From the NCBI GenBank assembly GCA_040357565.1, contig JBDODJ010000005.1: 64,000 nucleotides of DNA; one strand, given 5' to 3'. The notes beneath the pieces were generated by a model that worked only from the letters and a program-made list of their open reading frames with translations, had not been told where the DNA came from and made no database searches. The stretch comes from Cercozoa sp. M6MM. Lineage: Eukaryota; Protista; Endomyxa: Ascetosporea. The translations under genes were made by a program, and so were the position numbers. Below, piece by piece: positions 1 to 13,403 of the stretch. How positions within the stretch are numbered: position 1 is the first letter of the stretch; the number at the start of each line of letters is the position of its first letter.

Positions 1-42
<42 letters not shown>

Positions 43-79
43 ACACAAACACAGACACACACACAGACACACACACACA
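1..79. repeat. (CA)n microsatellite in a BCS1 intron
   Basis: Direct observation. Confidence 0.95.
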
Positions 80-128
80 TTTCACTGACAGCATACACTG
101 CCCAAACCCAAATACTACAAGCAGTACC

Positions 129-1294
129 TGCGACATCGAGTGAGCCAGCAAGTCGTCAGTGAGTCCGTGTGCGCCCAAGTTGAGCATGCAGATATCGTAG
201 CCGATCGCACCGGCCAGTGCCATGATGAAACTGCTCTTGCCGCAGCCAGGCGGTCCGTGCAGCAAGTAGCCTCGACGGTACGGAATACCGCGCGAGTAGT
301 ACCACTCACTCGACTCCAAAAAGTCGCGCACGTCACCAACCACGTCTATGTATCGCGCAGCATAGGTACAATGCAATGAACACAAAGCAAGAATGGTGTA
401 CTCTCGCTGATGCCGTCATCAAGCACAACACTGCTCAAGGGTTTCGCATGTCGCGGCGGACCGAATTTGCGCCAGCCTTCGACACCGTAGTTCACGAACA
501 ACTGGAGGTAAATACAAAGGACATTTATTCACACGACACAGCTTGACAGCAAGTCTACCTGAGTCTTGCCCTCGGCTCGTTCAAGGGCGGCATAGTGCGC
601 CTCCAGCAGCAGCTCTCGCACAAAGGACTTGTCGCGACCAAGAGTCGTGACTCGCACCGTTTCGAATGGCTTGCCGCTTTGTACGTTCACTGAACTCTCT
701 TGCCTTTGACGCTCCACAAAGACCCACCTGCCTGTTGTTCAACAACACCGCATCTAGAAGTGTTGTATTGTAGTCTTGTATTGTAGTATGGTATTGCATT
801 GGTCAAACACAAAAGGCTACAGCATACCTTTGTAGCGGAAGAAATGACGACCAGGCGCAGGCTCGAAGTCGAACTTGGTGGCCGTGCGACCGTTTGCCGA
901 TGTTTCCTACACAAAGTGAGATTCTTGCTGTGCATGTATGCCTAACTGGACAGAAAGGTCGTACCACACGCGATCGCAGCGTCATGTGAAGCGACTGTCG
1001 CTCGGCGAAGCGATTGACGTGAGTCAAAATGTCGTTGTACGCCACATCGGCAGACGTGACCTCCAGTGTCGTCAGCCAGCGACGCTTCAGGTACTGCACA
1101 CCGAGCTGAGAGCCACGTCGCGCCAGTGTCAAAGCACCGGCCACAAGGGTCAGACCGAAACCCGCGCCAAAGTACGGGTTCTCACTCAGCCCGAACGGCA
1201 ACGACACATTGCCCGGCAATGCCCCGGCGCCACTCGAGCCCCCTACACCTGGTATGCCGTTCATACCGAGCCTACTCATCAAAGCCAGTTGCAT
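129..1294 (-). CDS. BCS1: Mitochondrial chaperone BCS1 (AAA ATPase), multi-exon; 3' part runs off the window start
   Basis: Spliced translation contains [52 protein letters not shown] and [32 protein letters not shown] (Walker A); GT-AG introns. Confidence 0.93.
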
Positions 1295-1662
1295 CCAAAA
1301 TCCCGATCGGTAGATAATAGAACAATACTATGCGCACGCAAACAATCAAAGACACGAAAGGCACCCTACGTGAAAGAGCACGGCAAAGCGCAGGGCAGTG
1401 CGAGCTCGCAATGTGCCCACCGTTTGGAATCAAGAATGAAGCACTGAGCCGAAAAAGTATCTGACTAACGCTCCACCCTGCGCCTTAGACGCTGCATCTG
1501 GACTCCGTGATTTGATTTATCCTGCACGCTAGGGTGTAGAAGGGCCTGATCGTCGGTTCCTCGCCCTTTGAAATCAGTTTCAGGTTTTGGAGCGTGCACC
1601 GTGGGCGCTACGGCTCTCCGGCCTGCTCGAGCGTGCCTGCAGTTGTGTTTGCTGCATGAGAA

Positions 1663-4600
1663 ATGCCAAAAAACATGCCTGTGCGCCCCGATGTGCATCT
1701 CGAGTTAAAAGAAGGTGTGTCGGAAGAGGCAATTCCACGTTCGGTCGAGATCGAGGTATTTAACTTGTCTTCTTTGCTTGCACTCCTGATCCCTTGTGTT
1801 GCTTTGCAGGACCTTTCATCCGCTTCTCAAGAGCTGCACTGGAACACGGTATGTGAGGTGTTCGGCGATACGTCGGACCTCGAGCACGACGAGATGCCTG
1901 CCTCTGCTACTTCCAAGGTGCACATTCTGATGTTTTGTTTGTACAGTTTGTTTGACTATTTTTGTCGCAGACACCAAGACAGTCACATGATGAAGGCGTG
2001 GAACTGTCGATCTCAGTGTCGCACACGGTGGCTCGGTCACGCAGCGGCAATGCCGTTCCGTTGGCGGTGCTGGCGGCACAGAAGCAGCCGCGGAGACCGC
2101 AAGCCGCCGCCGCTCTGAGCACGCACGACAGCAGCGCGCTGCTGGCCGGTGTGCGCTCGCTGCAGTCGCTCAAGGAACTCGCCGACCACGCGCAGCTGCA
2201 GCGCACGGCGGCGCAGGCGCAGGCCGTGTTTGGCGCCGAGCTGCCCAAGGAGATGCTGCGCCAGCCGAGTGTCTGCAGCAACGTGGCGCCCATCGTTGAT
2301 GTCGGACTCATCGACGTCGGCGCCGGCGATCGTGTGCCTGCTGGGTGGGAACTCGTGCGTGCACACACCGAGAGTGCCGCTGACCAGAAGAAACGCGTCA
2401 GCGGCAAAGGCGACGACAGCGAGCCCGTGTCGCGCACCCACACAGCTTTTCGAGGTAGGCTTCCTTTCGCCTTTTGCAAGGTGTTCTCTACCCTGTATAT
2501 GTCCCTGTGTAGGTGCGGGTTCACGCTATGCGATCGTGGTGAGACGGCGCAGTGACAGCAGCGACGAGGACGAGCCTGTCGTGGTGGACGTGCAGCTGCG
2601 TCTGTGTGACTCGGCACTGGAGGCCTTCCGACAGGTGCAGGAACAGAACGAGCAGGTGCAAGCGCAACTGCGCTCGGCCAAGGAGCGGCACTCCAAGCGA
2701 ATCGAAATGCTGCCGCCAGCACTCGACCCTGGCAGTCTTCGCGAACGCAACGCTGTTCCGATCGGGTACCGTGCCATTCGGACTACGGTGAATAATGCCG
2801 CACTCCGTCGACTGGACTCGAATGGATTTCCTCCTGTCACTTTGGTACCTCTTACTTGTTGTACCCTGCCCTACCCTACACCCTGCCCTCCCTTACCCTA
2901 CACTACCCTACCCTACCCTACTTTACTCCACCCTACCCTACTTTACTTCACCCTACCCTACCATACCTTCCCTACTTTACTCCACCCTACCCTCCCCCAC
3001 CTACTCGACCCTACCTTCCTGACCAGTGCTTTCGACGTGCGCCGCTGCATGCAACAGCACACGGTGGTATCACGCACCTCTGCCTGATGCGCATGGGCGA
3101 CAAGGACAAGCAGCGGCACAGGGCGCCGAAAGGTTTCGTGCCTCTGCGCGAGGCGTGGCAGTCGCCGATCGCAGTGTCGTCGTCAGCGGCACTCGGCACG
3201 GGCTGTGTCACAGGCGACCTCAACCTCGACGATGCCGCTCGATGCAAGGGCGGCCGTGTGCTCCTTGCCGTGGCGACGGACCTGTCACCAACAGTGACCT
3301 CGCTGGAGGCAGCAGCCTGTGCCGACACGCTGGACGGCGAGAGTGCCATGGGTGCCGCCTTGGCGCCTGCCCTGGTGGCACTGCACCTGCGCGAGCGCCG
3401 ACTGGCCGAGAAGGCGCTCAAGATGCTGCAGCGCGTGCTGCTCAACGGCGGCGGCTCCTCGGACTCGACACTCGCACAGCGCACGCGACGCCACCTAACA
3501 CGACGCGACGCCTCGCTCGTCCTGACGACTCTGTGCGACTCGATTCCGCTGTATTCGGGTGCGTTTCTCCTTCTTCCCTGTATTTGACCATACGCACCTG
3601 ACCCTTTGTGTTGCACAGGCTCACATCCGCTCGGACGAAAGACGCAGCAGGTGGTACTCGACACCCTGGCCGACTTTGTCTCGGTGCTGCTGAACGATCG
3701 ACTGCTGACCCTGAGCGAGCTGTCACTGGCGCTGATCGAGCACGTCCGCGCGGAGGCGCATGCACACCGCATCCACTTTCTGCGGCGACTGGCTTCATCG
3801 CTGTTCCGCGCGTACCGCAAGCGCGAGCCGCTGTTCGACCTGAAGAGTGCGCGCGCTGACCTGACGCCGGCCGACGAACGCGAGCTGAGCGAACGCGACG
3901 CGCACATGCGGCGCAAGAGTCGCCGACTCGTCGAGCAGGTGTCGCGCCTGCAGAGCAGTGTGTTCGCGCCGTGTGATGAGCTCGGTAACTCTCCCTTTGC
4001 ATCGACCCTGTATTCCTTACTTTGCCCTACCGTTTCCCTACCTTTTATCTACCGTTTTAACCTACCCCTTACTCCCTACTCGCCTTGCCCTGCAGGTGTG
4101 TGGCGCCAAGCAGCCGAGGAGTTGACCAGGACACTGTTCCCGGAGGACTTTCTGCTGCAGTGTATTTGTTTGTTGATGCTGTTCTCGTCCAATGTCGTGG
4201 CGTTTGGCCGGTACTGCACCCTGGACTACTTTGTGTGTGTCTGTGTCTGTGTCTGTGTCTGTGTCTTGTGTCTGTGTCTGTGTCTGTGTCTGTCTGTGTG
4301 AGTTGCTCTCGTTGACCCTGTGACTGAACCTTTGTATCTCTGTGCGCAGAGGTTCGCTGGACGTGGCGATGCGAATCGCCGACACGTGCGACGCGAGGAA
4401 CCTCTTGGACAACGACGATGACCAAGAGGAGAACCCAGAGGACGAAGAAAACGAGGAAGACGAAAGTGGTGCGTGCACTGTGGTGCCCTTCTCGGTGCAG
4501 GGTCGCCCGGACACGACTCGTGTGCACGACCTGTCGGGCGAGGGACTCGAGCTACTAAAGGCCGTGACGCGACTGCACGCCAAGCACCCGAATTATCTGC

Positions 4601-6064
4601 TGCGCGAACGCTATGCCGCCGACTGTGATGACAAGGTACGTCCCTCCCAGTACCTGTTACCCCTCCCTGATGTACTGTTGCCCTACCCCCACAGATGATG
4701 ACACACACGCACCTGTTGCGAGCTACCTTGTTCCCGTTGATGAGCGAGGTGCTGTGCATGCCGACACCGGCGTACTCGCTGCTGAAGGGAGACTTCGAGC
4801 GCGCCGGCTCGATGGTGTGCGTGCTGCTGCACCCGTGGCTGCGTGTGCACTGGCCGCGCGAGACGCGACTGCTGCTGCAGCACGTGCTGCTGCCGCAGAC
4901 GGACTTTCTGGGCGCGCACCTGGAGCAGGTGCTGTGGCTCCGACTGGCCGGTCTGCCCGAGTACGCCGAGCAGGCGCAGTCGCCCGCGGTGGCACAGCAT
5001 CATACGCGCATGCGGCGCCTCGTGTCGTCGCTGCGACTGCTCAATGGCGCCCTCAACGGAGTCGACAGCACCTCGGACAAGAAGCGGCCCGGCAGCGCCG
5101 GTGCGGGCCGCCTGCATGACGTGCAGGGCCGGTCGACGGCACTGCAGGTGTTTTACAACTGCGACGTGCTCCAGCAGGCGCCCGTGGTCGACGCTGCCGT
5201 CAGTGTGATTGGCCAGATTGTCGACGGCTGCACCGGACTGTTGAAGCGACCCGAGTGCGGCGGCGTCTTTGTGCGCGAGCGTGATCGGTACCGTCTCTCC
5301 ACCTGGCACCCCTTGTGTTATACCCCCCCTGAGTACAGACGACTGCGAGCGATCCCGTCGTCGCTGAACGCGGATGGCACGGTGTCGGCCAGCGAGGAGG
5401 CGTCGATGCCGCCCGAGCTGCGCGTGCTGAGCACGGCGCTCGACGTGATCGTGGATTTGCTGGGCACACTGCGTGTGTGGGAAGAGGCCACTCGCATGGC
5501 CGCTGTGGCTACACCTGTAGTGGTGGAGGAGGAGCAGCCGCAGCAGACCGCCGACACGGACAGCAGCAACGCCGGCAGTGAGGCATCCGAACCACATCAA
5601 GACCGAGAGGCACAGGAGGAGAGTGCGACACTGGAGAACTGGCGACGACTGCTCGATGACAGCACACGCAGTGTCGGCCTGCTGAGGGTGCCGCCCTTCC
5701 GCGCGGACTACACCAAGTGGCTACGACGCCTGCAGCTCGAGGGTTTGCTGCCGCGCGTGTCAGCTGAGGACAAGGTGCCTTCCTTCAATATCGCTCACCT
5801 CCCATACCCCTCACCCATGCTCATACTCCTGAGCCCCATGCCCTACCTCCACCCTTACCCCAACAGGAAGAGGTGGCCCGCATGCTTGAGACGGACGACA
5901 TGAACCTCGTGGCACGTGCCACGGCCAAGGACGAGAAAGACCGCGCGCCGCTGCTGCTGCTGCCGGACGCGGTGTGGCACACGCTGCAGCAGCCGCAGGT
6001 GACGCCGTTACTCGACCTGTCCTGTGTGGGCGAACTCTTGGCCGTACTCCCTGCCCTGTTGTTG

Positions 6065-6100
<36 letters not shown>

Positions 6101-6704
6101 CTGCCTGTGTCCCTAACTAACCGGTTAAGTCGGTGCATTGTAGGGATCGAGACCGCCGGGAGAAATTCCGTTCGAGGACGCGTTGCGACACGCGTTTTTC
6201 CGGCGGCGTTTCGCGTTCGATCGGAGTCGCGACTGGCGCATCGATCACGTCATGCGCTTCTTCTTCACCAACGCTGGTGCTTGGGCCTTCTTACTCCCCT
6301 ACCCCCTACCTCCTACCCCCTGTACCTCCCTGCTCCCAGGTTTCCGCATGCCGGGCGAGTCGCAGAAGATCGAGCGCGTGCTGGACGCGTTCAGCGAGGC
6401 GTACTGGCGGCAGCACCGGTCGCTGCCACGAGCGGTGCGTTGCTTCAACAGTCGCACGGCCGTGTATCTGATCGCAAACGCCGTGCTGATGCTGAACACG
6501 TCGCTGAGCAACCCGAACCTGCGCGAGAGGGACCGCATGACACTGCCGCAGTTCGTGCAGGTCTGCGGCTACGTCGATGGCTGTCGTCTGCAGCAGGCAG
6601 ACTTTGTGTCGATCTTTGACGCCATCGCGCGGCGGCCGTTTGAGATCGCCGTCGGTGACAATGACAATAACAACAACAACAACAACGACAACAACATTAC
6701 CGAT

Positions 6705-6744
<40 letters not shown>

Positions 6745-7277
6745 GCAGTGACAACAACGGCAGTGATCAGAGTAGCAGCAACAAGGGCGATGACAGGGAC
6801 AGGATCCACGTGGAACATAGAGACACTGTCGCCGGGGAGAAACGCCTCCGCGCGGATGATGTTCTGCGCATGCGGAATGACCGACCGGCGCTGCATGCTA
6901 CTGTGGTAGCTGGCCTATCTGTTACCTCTGTGCACCTTATCCTCCTTTACCCCTCCCCCCGTTGACCATCACAGGCCAAGCACATCGCGAAACGTCGAAC
7001 ACTCGTGGACACGACGCAGATGAGCGAATCCCTGCGGGTACCTTTTTGCACCCCGCACCCTTTTGCCCCCTTACCCCTTACCCCTTCCCCCTGGACAGGC
7101 CGCATCGAGCGACGACGTCGAGGCGATCGACGACTTTTTCTTGCGAATCGGCCGCGTTACTCGCGCGCACTTTGGTACCAGGGATCAACTGTTAGGACCC
7201 TGACTGACTGATTGTCTGACCCGATTGGTGGGATGGTGTGCCTGTGTGTCTGTGTATGTGTGTGTCTGTGTATGTGT

Positions 7278-7322
<45 letters not shown>

Positions 7323-7452
7323 ATAGTTTTTGGAGACGTCGCGGCTGGAGGCTACTTCGCTGCAGGCACTGCAGTCGGCTGTGCTCTTGAAACACACACA
7401 CGAGGCCCAGGATCTACTCATGAAACTACTGGTACTAACTCTTCTGTCCGTG

Positions 7453-7501
<49 letters not shown>

Positions 7502-7511
7502 NNNNNNNNNN

Positions 7512-7561
<50 letters not shown>

Positions 7562-10221
7562 CGGTGACAGTAGCCACATGTGGCACGACGTGTGTGAGAC
7601 ACTGTCGAGCTCGCAGCAGCGCGACCTGACGTCGCTGCTTTTCGACCGCGTGTGGTACACTACTGCCTGCCTACCTCCCCCCGTGACAGGCGTGTTTGTT
7701 TCTACTACGTACTGACTACTGTTACAGCGAGCGCTGTGTCAAGATTCTCGATGCGCTGGTGCACGTGGCCGACGAAAGATTCGCGCTGCGTTGCATCGGT
7801 GGCTTCCGCGACGCGCTGCTGCTGGCCGTGCGGTAGTTTACTCCTTCCCCCTTGTTACCCCTCCCCCCTGGTGCCCCTGTTACCCTCCCCCCTGTTACCC
7901 CCCCCCCGTTACCCCGCTTTAAATGGCAGACTGAACCGCGTCGATGTGGTGAAAAACGTGGCGGCCATCTTTGCGAAATTCACGTATTTCAAGGTGCGCG
8001 ATCAGTCGGCGTCGCCGCAGTCGATGAGCGGTGCCGCCTCGGCCATCGGCACTCCGCAGAAACCGTCGCTGCGACGCGCCGTGTCGTACAGCTCCGATCT
8101 TATCCCCCACCTTACCCCGCTTGGCCCCCCCCCCGCGTTCTGCAGGCATGACGAGGATGACGACGCGTCGCCTCAGGTGGACAATTCGTGGTTCGAGGTG
8201 CTGATCTCGCTGCCCGACGTGGCCACCCTGCCGGCCCGTGACGGTGCGCATGCTGCACGTGCCACTGAGCGCGTGGCCTCGCAGCTGACCCACAAGGTAG
8301 ACCCCCACACACATACACACACATACATACTACATACATAACATACACACACACCCTCCCCTTTGCATTCTACCTTAACACCCACCCTACCTGTGCAGTT
8401 GGTGGACGAGTTCCACTTGGCACAACTCGACCGCGTGCAGCGACGGTTCGATCGCGGCAAGACCAGGGTGTGTTTGGCTGTGTCTGCGTAGTGTCTGTCC
8501 GCGCGGTTGCTATGACGGTTCGTGTGTGTGTGTGTGGCAGGACATCTCGGTGATGCTGCGCAACGGGCGACGGCCGCTGCTGTACGACGTGCTGCGCAAA
8601 GTGAGTCAGCAGAACGCGGCGCTGCAGCACGTGTACCACGTGTTCCTCTTCTCGGACGCGGTGGTGTACGCCGAGGGCGAGTCGCGCAACGTGCACGAGC
8701 AGGAGCGCCTGCTGGAGATGGAGCAGCGTCTGCGACAGGAGCGTCTGAGTGAGGTGCAGGCACACCAGGGCGCACTGGACTCGAGTCACGGCAGCTCGGC
8801 CGACGCCTCCTTCACGGACGCTTCGACGGTGCCTGTGTCCTACGCCAGCGGCGGCGGCAGCAGTGGCGGTGGCAGCAGCAGCACTACCTTGCCCCTGGTG
8901 GGCGAACTCGGCACAGCTGCCGACGCCGGTGCCGCTGCGGCCGCGCAGATGACGCTCAAGCCGCACCGACTGCTGCACCTCGCGCTGGTCACCTCGGTGG
9001 AACGCATTCGCAACGCGCAGTACGAGCAGCACGGACAGTTCCTGTTCCGCCTCGTGTCCAATCAGCGCACCACCACGGTAGCCACTCTCACTCCTCTACC
9101 TGTGTTGACCTTTACCCCCCCCCCCCCTCCCGGAGTGCAGTTCGTGGCAGCGTCGGAGTCGCAGCGAGCGCGCTGGCTGCGAGCAGTGTCGACGCAACTG
9201 GACCATGTGGCCAAGCAACGACGCCGCCTCATTGCGCACGCGAGACGGCGTGTGCGATACAATGTACGCTGGGTCTATTGTAGTGTAGTGTATACTGAGA
9301 GGGTGTTTAGGCCTCTGCTTGTGTGCATGTGTATATGTGCGTGTGTGTATGTGCGTGTGTTGAACAGAGAGCGCCGGCGTCGTTGCTGGAGCGACTGTTG
9401 AACAGCGCACTGTGGATTGGTCACACCTCGCGCACTGCCGACTCACTCGTCCCCGAGGGGTGGTTGCAGCAGCAACAAGTGGTACCATCTGCTCCTGTTT
9501 TTACAACCTTCCGCGCGGATGTGCGTATACACGTAGTCAAGCGAAAGCACGACTGGTGAGAGTGTTACTCCCAAGGAGGAAAGTGCGTCACGTGGCTTTA
9601 GTTTCTTCCGTCGCAGTCGGGTACCTGTGTTGCCCCTGCCCCTCTACCTGTCCACTCCCTTTGTGTCTTGCGGTTTGCAGGGACGACGCGGCACTATTGT
9701 GAGCACGGCGGCCAGTGTAGACGAAGCTGTGTCCAGTGCCAGTAGTCCGACGCCAACGTCGCCGTCGTCGGTGGACGGATACTGTCTCTCCGAGGGTTGC
9801 TCAGATTTCGCACCTTCCTGCTCTGTATGCCTTGACGTGTGCCCTGTGTGTAGTCATGCTGAGCGAGGCCGGTGTGCCGTCGGACGAGGTGGTGGACGAG
9901 CAGCGCGATGAGCGCTACGACTTCTGGATGGCGGGCCACCACTGTCGTCTGTGCGGCCACCGGCACAACAAGCTGCTGCACCGCGCCAAGCAGTGTCCGT
10001 GGTGCCTGTCCAACTCGGTGTGCAGCAAGTGCTTCAGCGACAAGATGCGTCTGCCCAACGGCAAGCAGCTCAAGGTAGCTAGCCCTTCCGTACCTGCCCC
10101 CCCCCCCCCCGCCCTGCCTCCTGTGACTTTGTTCTGTATGCACTTACAGGTGTGCACGGGCTGCTTTGCCATGCTCAACCGCTCGATCGAACTCGTGGGT
10201 GACACGCCGACACACTTTTGA
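1663..10221 (+). CDS. Large multi-exon Sec7-domain Arf-GEF with N-terminal MABP-like repeats, a PH domain and a C-terminal FYVE-like zinc finger
   Basis: Sec7 glutamate finger GFRMPGESQKIERVLDAFSEAY and YLIANAVLMLNTSLSNPN (about 6340-6650); MABP-like PIVDVGLIDVGAGDRVPAGWELV, VPIGYRAIRTT, GITHLCLM..APKGFVPL..GDLN; PH-like HVFLFSDAVVY...FVAASESQRARWLRAV; 8-Cys finger CRLC..CPWC..CSKC..CTGC ending at TGA 10221. That this is one gene is inferred. Confidence 0.8.
2845..3026 (+). repeat. Intron made of degenerate (CCCTA)n repeats
   Basis: GTACCT...CCAG intron filled with ctaccctaccctac units; splicing it restores the frame VTL|CFRRAP. Confidence 0.85.
6660..6745 (+). repeat. Coding (AAC)n tract giving poly-Asn after the Sec7 domain
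   Basis: Direct observation; in frame with Sec7. Confidence 0.9.
7240..7560. repeat. Intronic (TG)n microsatellites with a 10-N gap
   Basis: Direct observation. Confidence 0.9.
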
Positions 10222-10562
10222 GCCTGTTTTTATTGATCCGTGCCTGTTTATTGATTGAGCCTGGCGTGCGTGGCGTGAGACTTGCCCACTAACTCACTCG
10301 GCGCGACGCGGCATACAACGCTTTTGTTTTGTCAGTGTCTACAGTTCTCCCTGAAAATATCTGTAATACAGCGCATACGCTTATGGAGAAGAAGTTAAAC
10401 TCTTGGCGCACCAAACCGCCACTAAAATCCGTTTTAAAGTGTTCAAGTGTAGTTTGTATGCAATTGCAATTGTTTGATGGAACCAGAGAACTGCGAATCG
10501 ATATCGCGTGCTGGCAGGTTGTGCAAGTGCAGCACAGGCATGCCCAGTGCCGTCTGGCGGAG

Positions 10563-11322
10563 TTAGAGCTGCACTGGAAGGACGCCAACCAGCGAGGCGA
10601 CGTCGACGCCGAGGTCGGCGGCGTTGGCCTGCAGCGACGCGAGGAACTCTGTCGATACACATTTACACACATGCATGCTTCACTGATACAGATGCGTTGG
10701 GGCAGCTGCACGTACCATCAGCCTGCTGGGCGATCTGCGTCGGAAGCAGTCCAAAGTGCTCAAACGCCTTCTTGGCCGGGGCCTGCAGCACCAGGAGCGA
10801 GTACACGGGTATTCAGTAAGAGCAAGCGTTGCAAAGCAAGAAAGTACCGACAGGCCAAAAGTCGTCATGCCAATGACCTTATGCGCGTAGCGATCGAGGC
10901 CAAAGACCGAAGAGGCCTCAACGAACACGGTGGGAACACCCAACGGCAGCGTCGAGCGGCGGTAGCTCTTTTCCTGCTGCTCGAACAGCTCGCCGCACGG
11001 CATGGAGACCACGCGCACCTTCTTGTCCGTGACAGCGGCAGCCTCGACAGCGGCCGATACCTCGGAACCTGAGGCAACCAGCACGAGGTCCGGCTTGCCC
11101 TCTGTGTCCTATGTTCATTTATAGGTATACATTCTACCTCCTGTCCACTCTAAAGGGACAAAGAGGACATAGGGGTACCTTGACAACATAGGCACCACGC
11201 TGGGTCTTTTCAATGGAAGAGGCCTCCAGGTGCGGCAGGTTCTGACGCGACAGGCACAGCACTGAGGGACCGTCGCGATGCTCGAGCGCAGCCAGGTAGC
11301 AGCCGCTCGTCTCGTTGCCTAT

Positions 11323-11370
<48 letters not shown>

Positions 11371-11380
11371 NNNNNNNNNN

Positions 11381-11429
<49 letters not shown>

Positions 11430-12948
11430 GTATTACCCAACCACCATATACCTTGCGAACAGTGTTCCCTTACCATCGGCAGGACGCAGGGTCAGCAGGT
11501 TCGGCGTGGCACGGCACAGCGGCAGCACCTCCACCGGCTGGTGCGTCGGACCGTCCTCGCCCAGACCGATCGAGTCGTGCCTGAACCAACCTCCATATTG
11601 GCTGGTTGACACTAAGGTGGATCAAGCAGAAAATACGTCATCACGAAGAGTTGCTGCACGTGCGACAGGGCGGCCAGTCGCACGGCCGGGAAGGCGTACG
11701 TCAGGAAGTTCAGGAAGGTCGCCGTGTACGGCACGAGACCGTAGGAGGCCAGACCGTTGCCTATCTTAATGTGCACATGCAAGGTGCTTCAACCCCCCCC
11801 CAGAGACGTGCAAGTCTACCGATGGCAGCCATGCCGAACTCGCGCACGCCGAAGCGAATGTAGCGGCCCTCGGGAGACTCAGCAGCGAAGTCGTGCGAGC
11901 ACTTGAGCTCGGTCTTGTTGGACGGCTGTGCATGCACAGAGACAGATGGTAAGGTACCTGTCAGGCACAGGTACAGAGAGACAAATTACACTCAGATCGG
12001 CCGAGCCACCGACCAGCTCAGTCACGAGCGGCGCCACAGCGTTCAGCACCTTTGAAAAAAACGGTATGGATGGTAGTACACATACATATACACGAGCGAG
12101 ACTACCTGACCAGACAGAGCACGCGTGGCAGTGGCCTTGTCACCGGCCGAGAACTTCGGCAGCGCCGCTTCGATTTCGTCGAGTGGCGGCAGCTCCTTCT
12201 CGATGAAGATGCGGCGGAACTCGGCGGCTTCCTTACTGCGACACCGGCGGGGGTAAGGTAGGGAGCAAAGAGGGTAAGGTAGGGAGCAAAGATAGACTAC
12301 GGGAACTGCTGCGAGTACTGCTCGAACAGCGCCTGCCACTGCGCGACGTGCTCGGCGTTGCGGAACTGCACTTCCGTGTAGCGCATGCGCACCTCTTCCG
12401 ACACGTGGAACGACTTGCTGGCATCCAGGCCCAGGGCCTCCTGTACACAGGTAACACGGGTTACTCGCTTTGCAGTATTGCAGTATATTATACTACGCAC
12501 AAAGGGGCACCTTGGTGGCAGCCACACCGGCCTCACCAAGCGGCGAGCCGTGTGCCTTGGCAGTGCCTGTGTCATAGTAACACAGGCAAAGAATAAAGTA
12601 GAGTAAGTGGGGGTAGGGAGTGAAGGTTAACAAGGTAGCAGACCAGCCGGCGGCGAAGCGAAGCCGATCGTCGTCTTGAGAGCAATGATCGTCGGCTTGT
12701 CCGTCGACGCGGCCGCCTCGCGGATGGCGGCTTCGATCGCGTCCAAGTCACTGTGCACGACACATATGCACCCTTAACAAGAAACTAAATGGGCGCACAT
12801 GTTGTGGTTAAGGGTACGCATCGCCGCCCTCCACGGTGGCGGTGTGCCAGCCGTAGGCGTCGAAGCGCTGCAACACGTTCTCCGTGAAGGCCAGGTCCGT
12901 CGTGCCGTCTGTCCCCCAAATGTACCAAGCCATGTCGTGCATTTTATG

Positions 12949-12995
<47 letters not shown>

Positions 12996-13095
12996 NNNNN
13001 NNNNNNNNNNNNNNNNNNNNNNNNNNNNNNNNNNNNNNNNNNNNNNNNNNNNNNNNNNNNNNNNNNNNNNNNNNNNNNNNNNNNNNNNNNNNNNN

Positions 13096-13130
<35 letters not shown>

Positions 13131-13310
13131 GCAGGTGTACGTGTTCTGCGGCGACGGCTGTCTGCAAGAGGGCGTGGCGTCCGAGGCAGCCTCGCTGGCT
13201 GGTCACCTGAAGCTGTCGGACCTCGTCGTTATCTACGACGACAACAAGATCCAGATCGGTACTCTCTCTCTCTCTCTCTCCTTCTCTCTCTCTCTCTCTC
13301 CTCTCTCTCT

Positions 13311-13403
<93 letters not shown>

